In this document: piece after piece, positions 23,621 through 35,400 of the stretch | Position numbering within the stretch: the first letter of the stretch is position 1 | How the letters are laid out: each line of letters opens with the position of its first letter | From: Macrostomum lignano | Lineage: Eukaryota | Length of the DNA: 64,000 bases | Assembly: GCA_002269645.1 (NCBI GenBank) | Contig: NIVC01000023.1 | Location: 1,054,001 to 1,118,000, forward strand | Reading direction: 5' to 3' | The notes under the pieces: generated by a model | What the model was told of the DNA's origin: nothing | Seen by the model: the letters and a program-made list of their open reading frames with translations, nothing else | Database searches by the model: none | Translations under genes and position numbers: made by a program

Positions 23621-24177
23621 CTCTACACGCATATTTTTTGCTTATATAATGGCAAACTTTTCAATAAAATATTTTCTGGATTTCGGTGTGTCGCTAATTA
23701 GTCAATCAACTCTAACCACTGGCGCGTGGCGCCTCTGTAACGCTGGAACGCATAGAAGGCTGCCTGAAAATGACATTAAACCCACTGTCCTTGATATTGA
23801 TGTAAAATTTCGAATGTTTTTGTCAACAAAATTATTTTTTTCAACTTTTTTCTTCTGTTTACTGTATAAAAAGATTTGATTTTTTCAGTCAAAAAGGATA
23901 CTTGTCATGTTTAGGTATTTGTTGCCTTTTTTAAAGAGGAAGCCATAATAAAAGAAAAATTATCATTTCGTGAGAACATCGGTGCCTAAACACAAAACAA
24001 GTTATTAAAGTAATAGTACATGCTGTGTACACTAAAATAGTAGCATTTAGAATAGAAGTTTTCCTGTAGGACTTTTGTAACTCTGTGGCCTAATTTTTCC
24101 GGGTTTTCGTGTTGCTGTACTTACTTTCCGTTTTAGTGTTGGCATTCTTGATAGTCACTATTGACATATAAGCAGCC

Positions 24178-25728
24178 ATCTGTCACTCTCATTTAGCATT
24201 CTGTCACCCTCAATTAGCATTCTGTCACCCTCATTTAGCATTCTGTCACCCTCATTTAGCATTCTGTCACCCTCAATTAGCATTCTGTCACCCTCATTTA
24301 GCATTCTGTCACTCTCATTTAGCATTCTGTCACCCTCATTTAGCATTCTGTCACTCTCATTTAGCATTCTGTCACCCTCAATTAGCATTCTGTCACCCTC
24401 ATTTAGCATTCTGTCACTCTCATTTAGCATTCTGTCACCCTCATTTAGCATTCTGTCACTCTCATTTAGCATTCTGTCACCCTCAATTAGCATTCTGTCA
24501 CCCTCATTTAGCATTCTGTCACGGCCTCATTTAGCATTCTGTCACCCTCATTTAGCATTCTGTCACCCTTATTTAGCATTCTGTCACCCTCATTTAGCAT
24601 TCTGTCACCCTCATTTAGCATTCTGTCAGTTTAATTTAGCATTCTCTTTCACTCTTATTTAGCCATCTTGTCACTCTCATTTAGCCACTCTCATTTAACA
24701 TTCTGTCACTCTGATTTAGGAATCTGTCACTCTCAAAGCATTTTGTCACTTTTATTTGACATTCTGTCACTCAAAGCATTCTGGCACTCTCATTTAGCCC
24801 CCTGTCACTCTCATTTGGCATTCTGTCACTCTAATTTAGCAATCTGTCACTCTTAAAGCAATCTGTCACTCTCTAAGCATTCTGTCACTCTTATTTGGCA
24901 TTCTGTCACTCAAAGCATTCTGTCCCTCCCATTTAGTCACGTGTCACTATCATTTAAAATTTTAATCATTATTAAATTAATTTTGTCACTTTCCTCCAGT
25001 TTATTCTGTCACTCTGATTGAGTTAATCCTGTCACTCTGATTGAGTTGATTCTGTCACTCTGATTGAGTTAATCCTGTCACTGTGATTGAGCTGATTCTG
25101 TCACTCTGATTGAGCTAATTCTGTCACTCTGATTGAGCTGATTCTGTCACTCTGATTGAGTTTATTCTGTCACTCTGATTGAGTTAATTCTGTCACTCTG
25201 ATTGAGCTGATTCTGTCACTCTGATTGAGTTAATTCTGTCACTCTGATTGAGCTGATTCTGTCACTCTGATTGAGCTGATTCTGTCACTCTGATTGAGTT
25301 AATTCTGTCACTCTGATTCAGTTGATTCTGTCACTCTGATTGAGCTGATTCTGTCACTGTGATTGAGCTGATTCTGTCACTCTGATTGAGCTAATTCTGT
25401 CACTCTGATTGAGCTGATTCTGTCACTCTGATTGAGTTTATTCTGTCACTCTGATTGAGTTAATCCTGTCACTGTGATTGAGCTGATTCTGTCACTCTGA
25501 TTGAGCTAATTCTGTCACTCTGATTGAGCTGATTCTGTCACTCTGATTGAGTTTATTCTGTCACTCTGATTGAGTTAATTCTGTCACTCTGATTGAGCTG
25601 ATTCTGTCACTCTGATTGAGCTGATTCTGTCACTCTGATTGAGTTAATTCTGTCACTCTGATTGAGTTAATTCTGTCACTCTGATTGAGCTGATTCTGTC
25701 ACTCTGATTCAGTTGATTCTGTCACTCA
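24178..25728. repeat. Two related adjacent arrays: 21-bp (TTTAGCATTCTGTCACCCTCA, 24178-24900) and 23-bp (GCTGATTCTGTCACTCTGATTGA, 25000-25728)
   Basis: Both share the core ATTCTGTCAC. They lie between the convergent 3' ends of the unassigned gene and IFT122. Confidence 0.95.
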
Positions 25729-26425
25729 TTAAACTATTTGTTGTCTGTCTTCTGAACCAGATTGCTCACAAACTAAGACTAAAACTAAAACTAAGACAAT
25801 ATTATAAAAGACAATTTATCTGGCAAAGAAGTTTCATGTTTGCTGTTTCACTTGCCCTTTTGCTAGGGTACAGTAATTATCTGATCAGTAATCAATAAAA
25901 AGACAAACAACCTTCAAAATCACAGTCACAGACGATCATGAAAAAGTGAGCAGGAAAGATCAACTTAATAAAATTATTAATTAATAGTTTAATATTAGTA
26001 ACGCCATTGACTTTAGGTTAGCATTTGCGAAGCGAAGAGACAGCGGTGTACTTCATGCCACAAAATTCTCACTCTCGGTAGAAATTCTTACAAATTCACA
26101 CTAGATTTCGCCTAAACAATTCTATCCAACAACTAGCTATAGCACTACTATTAGTAAACCCATCTTTTCAGATGATTATTTAAAGACTATTCTTATGTCA
26201 CCAGATTTGTTTAACATTAGCCGCCATTTGAAGGCAAAACATTTAAATAATGCACAGAAGCATTTATAGACGTAAAGCATATTTTTGTCACAAATAATTT
26301 TTTAGTTTGTAACGAAAGTTTATCGAAAAAAGAAAAAAACACAACACAGAGAAAGTAGCTCAGTTCTTGTTTGGAAAAGTTTTTGCTGAGTGAGTTTTTT
26401 TTAGTTTACTCCAGCTTAGCTCAGT

Positions 26426-29400
26426 TCAGTTCTTCGACTTCCTGCAGAATGGGCAGCAGCCGCGCTGGACAAACGTGAACTCAAAGTCGTCTGTGCTAAA
26501 GATCTGCGATTGTCATAAAATATCTTTTAAATTCTTTGTAATTTAATTACTTTACTCTCTACCCCTCCAATGTACACACAGCGCACTGATTCAGCTCTCT
26601 ACCCCCAATGTACACACAGCGCACTGATTCAGCTCTCTACCCCCAATGTACACACAGCGCACTAATTTAAACTCTCTACCTCCCCCAATGTACACACAGC
26701 GCACTAATTAAACTCTCTACCCCTCCAATGTGCACACAGCGCACTAATTAAACTCTCTACCCCTCCAATGTGCATACAGCGCACTAATTAACTCTCTACC
26801 CTCCCCCAATGTACACACAGCGCACTTATTCAACCCTCAAAAGCGGCTTCACCTTGTTGCACGAGTGGCACACGCTAGTACTGTAGTCTGGCAGCATCGA
26901 CTTGAAGTACTGGCAGCGCATCGGGGTGGGCCATTTCAGTACCACAACTTCGTTGCTAGGAATGGATTTAAGCGTCTCCCTGTCCACGTAGACTCGGGAA
27001 AACTCGTCCGAATCAGGGTCAAAGTTCATCAGCCGCCGGGTGAACGGATCGTCGCCGTTGTCGCCGCCGCTGCCGTTCATCATCATCTCGTCGAAGCCTT
27101 CGTCGAGACGCAGCGACTGGTACTGGCTGGAGGCGGTCTCCGTGCCTCGGCGCTCTTTCGGTCCTTGCTGCTGCTGCTTGGACTTCGGCGCCGGGTCGTA
27201 TTCGATCAGCTCCATGGCCTCGTCGTCCGTGATGTCGCGTTCGAGAAAGAATTCCACGAGTGGCAGAGCGTCTGGCGGAGAGGAATGTGAGAATATGTAC
27301 GTCTGAGCCTAGCGATGTGCCCTTGAAGATGGTTGATGTGACCGTTTCAAGCAGACCAATGTGACCCCCCCCCCAACCAGAACAATTTGATCCCCCAATC
27401 AGACCAATGTGACCCCCTTCCCAACCAGACCAATGTGACCCCCCAATCATACCAATGTGACCCCCAATCATACCAATGTGACCCCCCAATCATACCAATG
27501 TGACCCCCCAATCAGACCAATGTGACCCCCTTCCCAACCAGACCAATGTGACCCCCCAATCATACCAATGTGACCCCCCAATCAGACCAATGTGACCCCC
27601 AACCAGACCAATATGTGACCTCCCAACCAAGCCTATGTCACCCCCCCCCACAAAACCAGACCAATGTGATCCCCCTAACCGGATCAATTTGACACCCAAC
27701 CAGACCAATGTGAGCCCCCAAACAGATCAATGTGACTCCCTCCCAAACCAGACCAATGTGATCGACCCCCCCCCCCTAACCAGACTAATGTGAGCCCCCC
27801 TAATTAAAACAATGTGACTCCACTAACCAGATCCAGATCAATGTGACCCCCAACCAGACCAATGTGACCCCCCAACCAGATCAATGTGACCCCCCAACCA
27901 GACCAATGTGACCCCCCAACCAGATCAATGTGACCCCCCAACCAGACCAATGTGACCCCCCAACCAGACCAATGTGACCTCCCAACCAGACCAATGTGAC
28001 CCCCCAACCAGACCAATGTGACCCCCCAATCACACGGACGTGACCAGCCCAAAAAACCTGTCTACACCATCAAGCTGCTAATACTAATTTTATGCACGTA
28101 CATGTACAAGTTTTCAACAATAAACCAGAATCGCCGGCTCACCGAAAGACACGAACGAAAAAATGAACGGCTGCTTGCATCGAACGCAACGATTCCCGGC
28201 GGCATTGAGCATCGGATTGGTTGTGGTGCAGCGAAAGCAGTAGGGCAGCAGATCCTGGGGGGGGGGAGTTACAACTATTTTTTTATCGATTTTCAAGCCT
28301 TGGAGAATTGAAATTGTGGGAGACAATCGGTTGGCAGGCATTAAAGTCAGACCGACAGATTTGGTGTGCCAGACCAAAGGATTCGGGGTGTCAGACCGAG
28401 AGATTTGGTGTGCCAGACCAAAGGATTCGGGGTGTCAGACCGAGAAGATTCGGGGTGTCAGACCGAGAAGATTCGGGGTGTCAGACCGAGAAGATTCGGG
28501 GTGTCAGACCGAGAAGATTCGGGATGTCAGACTGAAGAGACTCGGTATGTCAGACTGAAGAGACTCGGTATGTGAGACCAAAGGATTCGGGGTGTCAGAC
28601 CGAGAAGATTCGGGGTGTCAGACTGAGAAGATTCGGGGTGTCAGACTGAGAAGATTCGGGATGTCAGACCGAGAAGATTCGGGGTGTCAGACCGAGAAGA
28701 TTCGGGGTGTCAGACCGAGAAGATTCGGGGTGTCAGACCGAGAAGATTCGGGGTGTCAGACTGAGAAGATTCGGGATGTCAGACTGAAGAGATTCGGGAT
28801 GTCAGACTGAAGAGATTCGGGATGTCAGACTGAAGAGATTCGGGATGTCAGACTGAAGAGATTCGGGATGTCAGACTGAAGAGACTCGGGATGTCAGACT
28901 GAAGAGATTCGGGATGTCAGACTGAAGAGATTCGGGATGTCAGACTGAAGAGACTCGGGATGTCAGACTGAAGAGACTCGGGATGTCAGACTGAAGAGAT
29001 CCAGGATGTCAGACTGAAGAGACTCGGGATGTCAGACTGAAGAGACTCGGGATGTCAGACTGAAGAGACTCGGGATGTCAGACTGAAGAGATTCGGGATG
29101 TCAGACTGAAGAGACTCGGGATGTCAGACTGAAGAGACTCGGGATGTCAGACTTAAGAGACTCGGGATGTCAGACTTAAGAGACTCGGGATGTCAGACTG
29201 AAGAGACTCGGGATGTCAGACTGAAGAGACTCGGGATGTCAGACTGAAGAGATTCGGGATGTCAGACTGAAGAGACTCGGGATGTCAGACTGAAGAGACT
29301 CGGGATGTCAGACTTAAGAGACTCGGGATGTCAGACTTAAGAGACTCGGGATGTCAGACTGAAGAGACTCGGGATGTCAGACTTAAGAGACTCGGGATAT

Positions 29401-32400
29401 CAGACTTAAGAGACTCTGGATGTCAGACTTAAGAGATTTGGGATGTCAGACAAAAGGACTCGGGAAGTCAAACTGAAGGATTCGGGATGTCAGACTGAAG
29501 AGACTCGGGAAGTCAGACTGAAGGATTCGGGATGCCAGACTGAAGAGACTCGGGATGTCAGACTGAAGAGACTCGGGATGTCAGACTGAAGAGACTCGGG
29601 ATGTCAGACTGAAGGATTCGGGATGTCAGACTGAAGAGACTCGGGATGTCAGACTGAAGAGACTTGGGATGTCAGACCAAAGGATTCGGGATGTCAGACC
29701 AAAGGATTCGGGATGTCAGACCAAAGGATTCGGGATGTCAGACCGAGAGAACCCTAGAAGCCCGGGGTGTCAGTCCGCAGGACGCCAAAGCGGCTCTCAT
29801 CACCTCGACATCGTGAAACGGTTTTGACCGCACTCGCAGGCTGTTGAGCTCCACAGTCTCCTGGATGTGAGCCGGCACTTTGAAAGCCTGCAGTTTCTCG
29901 TAGGCGTGCCTGGCCAGTTTGAAGGCCTTGAGATCCAGGGCCTGCTTGGCCATTGTGTAGTACACGGCCATCTTGGACACGCCTGGAGGCAGCTCAGTGC
30001 CTTTGCGGCTCAGCTTGTGCACCTGGACGGTTGGTTTAACGACTAATCGTTGTTAAGTGCACCCTGGCTGTACTGAAAAATTATATTCATCACTAAAGTA
30101 CAATGATGACTCGTCATCGCTATGCTTTTTTATAATGCAAACGAATGGCGTATTGACAAAGTATAAAAATGGCTTACTCTAAAGTACAAACGAAGACTCA
30201 ATCGCTAAAGTACAAATCGTGAACTTTGAAGTACAAACGATGACTCATTGCTAAAGTAAAAATTATAAACCTAAAGTACAGATGATGACTCATCGCTAAA
30301 GTAAAAAAAGTGACTCATCGAAAAAGTACAAGTGATGACTCATCGAAAAAGTACAATCGATGACTCATCGCTTAAAGTACAACGCATCTCACCAAGTATC
30401 TGGCAGTGTTGAGCAGATTCTCCGGCTGCCCCCTGAGAAACGGCTCCTCCATGAAGTGCTGCACAGACTGATAGGCATAGTAGGTGTCCGCTTTGTTGCG
30501 GAACTCGGCAAATCTAGTCAGCATGTCGTCTTGCTGAACTGGGTCGGAGCCAGCGATTTCGAGGCACTGCATCGACAGCTTCCAGTAGTAGTAGCCCGCG
30601 TCAGCGAATCTGCGCTCGTGCACCGCGTTCTCAGTCAGCACCTGCGGGTTGGTCGGGACCGGTCGGTAGTGCACGTCTTTGTCTAGTGGTTTTTCATCAC
30701 CAAGATCAAGAATCCAAGAATCCCTCCAAGAATAGCTCTCTACCCCTCCCCCTAAGAATCGCCCTCATCCCCCCAAAAATCGCCCTCTACCCCCAAATCG
30801 TCCTCTAACCACCTCAAGAACCGCCCTATACCCCTCCCCCCAAGAATCGCCCCCCCCTAAGAATCACCTCCACCCCCAAAGAATCGCCCCCAAGAATCGC
30901 CTCCTCAAGAATCGCCCCCCTAAGAATCGCCCCCTAAGAATCGCCCCCCAAGAATCGCCTCCCAAGAATCGCCCCCAAGAATCGCCTCCTCAAGAATCGC
31001 CCCCAAGAATCGCCTCCCAAGAATTGCCCCAAGAATCGCCCCCCAAGAATTGCCCCCAAGAATCGCCTCCTCAAGAATCGCCCCCAAGAATCGCCTCCCA
31101 AGAATTGCCCCCAAGAATCGCCCCCCAAGAATTGCCCCCAAGAATCACCCCCAAGAATCGCCCCCCAACAATCGCCTCCCAAGAATCGCCCCTATCACGC
31201 ACTTGCAGCACTCGAACAGCCTCCTTCTCCAGCCCAGCCTGGTGAAACGCGGCCTGAGCCTCCTCGAATCGATCATTTTCAGCCAGAAACTTGGCATAGG
31301 GCCTGTAAACCAACGGTTTGTATTCCGGATGCTTCTCTGCGATCTGAAACGCGTCCTCCCAGTGCCTGGCCTCCACGTGCAGCTCCAGAACTTTCTGAGT
31401 CTCGCCAATTTTATAATAGCACTCGGCCGCGAAGGCGAACTGGCCGAATTGGCGAAGATATTCCGCACATTTCGTCACGTACCTCACGTCCGCTTTGTCC
31501 ATTTTTCTGGCTACGTCGATTAGCCTAGGTTGATACAGAGTTTGGCGCAGATTCGACGCTTATAGGCTGGCGCTATATTTGACACTTTTGGATTGGAGCT
31601 ATATTTGACACTTATAGATTGGCGCTATATTTGACAATTTTATAGATTGGCGCTATTATTTGACACTTTTAGATTGGAGCTATATTTGACACTTTTGATT
31701 GGCGCTATATTTGACAATTTTATAGATTGGCGCTATATTTGACAATTTTATAGATTGGCGCTATATTTGACAATTTTATAGATTGGCGCTATATTTGACA
31801 ATTTTATAGATTGGCGCTATTATTTGACAATTTTATAGATTGGCGCTATATTTGACAATTTTATAGATTGGCGCTATATTTGACAATTTTATAGATTGGC
31901 GCTATATTTGACAATTTTATAGATTGGCGCTATATTTGACATTTTTGATTGGCACTATATTTGACAATTTTATAGATTGGCGCTAAATTTGACACTTAGT
32001 TCTTACATTTCAGTCCAGCCGTGCTTGCCCATCATCTCGATGGCCTTGTCGTACTCCCCGGCCGTCATGTACATCTCGGCGGCCGACTTTGGATTGTTCT
32101 GATCGCGAGCCCAGTCAGCCTGTTTGGCCATGAGAGTCTTCTGCTCCTCCGGGTGACTGTCCGCCATGTAGTCCTTGGCCTGGTCGAACATCTTCAAGTC
32201 CGTGTACATGTTCATCGCTCTGTGCTCTTGGCCGGCCTCTTTGTACTTTTTGGCAGCCTCGGCAAATTTGCCCATGTAGGCGTAGATGTCGCCGAGGAAC
32301 ACCCGGCTGTCTGACTCGCCACGGCGTTGCCGCTCCTGCCGGATTAGCAGCCCCATGGGATTAGCATAGCGTCCATTGTCACTCTGGCCTCCTTATTCCC

Positions 32401-35400
32401 ATTGTCACTCTGGCCTCCTTATGTCCATTGTCACTCTGGCCTCCTTATTCCCATTGTCACTCTGGCCTCCTTATGTCCATTGTCACTCTGGTCTCCTTAT
32501 TTCCATTGCCACTCTGGTCTCCCCATGTCCATTGTCACTCTGGTCTCCTTATGTCCATTGTCACTCTGGCCTCCTTATGTCCATTGTCACTCTGGTCTCC
32601 TTATGTCCATTGTCACTCTGGTCTCCTTATTCCCATTGTCACTCTGGCCTCCTTATGTCCATTGTCACTCTGGCCTCCTTATGTCCATTGTCACTCTGGC
32701 CTCCTTATGTCCATTGTCACTCTGGTCTCCTTATTTCCATTGTCACTCTAGTCTCCCCATGTCCATTGTCACCCTGGTCTCCCCATATTTTTATCACCCT
32801 GTTAAAAATTTAGTTGTCACTCTCTATCTACAACTCAAAGTTGTCACTCTCTACAAGTCACAGTTGTCACTCTCTACAACTCCCAATTGTAACTGTCAAT
32901 CAACTTGATACACTGTCCTCTCCCTTCAGCTCACCTTAATCTGGTAGATCAGCTGCAGGAACTTGATGTCTTTAAGCCGAGCATACGCCAGGAACGCGAT
33001 ATCCAGCCTCATTTCCATCAAAGCGCTGGTTGCCAAGGCCTGCCAGTCGCTATCGGTGACACCCAGACAGGCCACCTGATAGGCCTCTTTAAGCTGCTTC
33101 TTCTCCAAGTATTGATACATCGGCGCATTCTGCGGCACATCGACGCACGACATGGCGTAGACGTTCAGGCAGAAGATTTTCGAACCGGTGAAGCCGACAA
33201 CAAAACCCTGCATGTTCTGCTGGTGCACCGGGAAATTCGACGCCTTAATGTTTAAAGTTCCGTTGCCGGAGAAGCAGAGCATGTCGGAGTTGATGCTGTT
33301 CCAGGCTACGCTCGTGGCGTTGGGCTCCTGATAGAGCAGGTCCTTGGTCTTCAGGTCGTACACTAGCAGAGTCTGGTGCTCGTCAATCACTGCTAGACGG
33401 TCTCGGGTGCAGTTGATGTCGAGACACCTGACCGAGCTGGCCTGCTTCAACAGCTGCACAGGGAACGGATTATCCAAGAATATGCTCACGATCTGTCCGT
33501 TCTTCATGCCGATTAAGAGGCCTTCTTTGTTTGGCGAGCCGCCGAGTACTTTTGTGTAGCGAATTGGCGAGTCGAGCATCCACTCGCGTTCTTTGATGCC
33601 GCGGAAGTTGTAGCATTGCAGACGGCGCTCCTGCCAGGTTCGGGTTCAACATGGTGTTTGATGAGTCAGCGGGGTTGGGACTGGAGGTGTCAGGTGAGTC
33701 AGTAGGATATTGGGACTGGAGGTGTCAGGTGAGTCAGTAGGATATTGGGACTTGAGGTGTCAGGTGAGTTAGTAGGGTTGGGACTGGAGGTGTCAGGTGA
33801 GTCAGTAGGATATTGGGACTTGAGGTGTCAGGTGAGTCAGTAGGGTTGGGACTGGAGGTGTCAGGTGAGTCAGTAGGATATTGGGACTGGAGGTGTCAGG
33901 TGAGTCAGTAGGGTTGGGACTGGAGGTGTCAGGTGAGTCAGTAGGATATTGGGACTGGAGGTGTCAGGTGAGTCAGTAGGATATTGGGACTTGAGGTGTC
34001 AGGTGAGTTAGTAGGGTTGGGACTGGAGGTGTCAGGTGAGTCAGTAGGATATTGGGACTTGAGGTGTCAGGTGAGTCAGTAGGGTTGGGACTGGAGGTGT
34101 CAGGTGAGTCAGTAGGATATTGGGACTGGAGGTGTCAGGTGAGTCAGTAGGGTTGGGACTTGAGGTGTCAGGTGAGTCAGTAGGGTTGGGACTGGAGGTG
34201 TCAGGTGAGTCAGTAGGATATTGGGACTTGAGGTGTCAGGTGAGTCAGTAGGGTTGGGACTGGAGGTGTCAGGTGAGTCAGTAGGATATTGGGACTGGAG
34301 GTGTCAGGTGAGTCAGTGAGATTGGGACTGGAGGTTTCAGGTGAGTCAGCTGTATATTGGGACTGGAGGTGTCAGGTGAGTCAGTAGGATATTGGGACTC
34401 GAGGTGTCAGGTGAGTCAGTAGGGTCGTCACTGTGTGTCGTAATTCGATTAAAAGCCATTCAATTTACCTGGCAAACCATCAGGTGATTCGTGGCCACCA
34501 CAAGCAGATTGCATTCGATCGCTTTGTTAATCCGCTCCTTAATCCGATAGTGCATATCGTTAGGATCGTCTGACTGCAACTCGTAGATGATGATGACCTC
34601 GGTGAGCTGCACTGCCAGGCGGTTCCTGTACACCGCGATCTTCTTCACCATGTCACGATTCTTGATGCGCACTGCAAGCAATTTTGGCATTCCAAACTGG
34701 TCGGTTTGAGTTCAAATCTCACTGACTCACCTGACACCTCCAGTCCTAATCTCACTGACTCACCTGACACCTCCAGTCTCAATCTCACTGACTCACCTGA
34801 CACCTCCAGTCCCAATCTCACTGACTCACCTGACACCTCCAGTCTCAATCTCACTGACTCACCTGACACCTCCAGTCCCAATCTCACTGACTCACCTGAC
34901 ACCTCCAGTCCCAACCCTACTGACTCATCTGACACCTCCAGTCCCAATCTCACTGACTCACCTGACACCTCCAGTCCCAACCCAACAGGCTTATCTGACA
35001 CCTCCAGTCCCAATATCCTACTGACTCACCTGACACCTCCAGTCCCAACCCTACTGACTCACCTGACACCTCCAGTCCCAATATCCTACTGACTCACCTG
35101 ACACCTCCAGTCCCAATATCCTACTGACTCACCTGACACCTCCAGTCCCAACCCAACAGGCTTATCTGACACCCTTGTGTCAATTGAAACACCATAACTA
35201 CACTTTATTTGAGAATGGACAAGCAAGCACTCAGTTTCCATCTCTTACGAGTCGAATTCAAAGGAACGAATGAACTGACATGCTCACCTTTATCTTCGGA
35301 CAGCAAGTGCTGCACAATGACGTCGGTCATATTGTCCCTATAGGCGTAGCGAGTCTTGTACAGACTGTGCACAGTGCTGAATTGCAACTGGTACATTGCC

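Noticed and set aside
23698-24179. Hidden small minus-strand gene (donor GTAAGT at 24124, acceptor TTTTCAG at 23765)
   Set aside because: Splicing gives a 38-aa peptide with no recognisable features. The AAFYAFQRYR frame is out of phase with the upstream exon. It needs RNA evidence.
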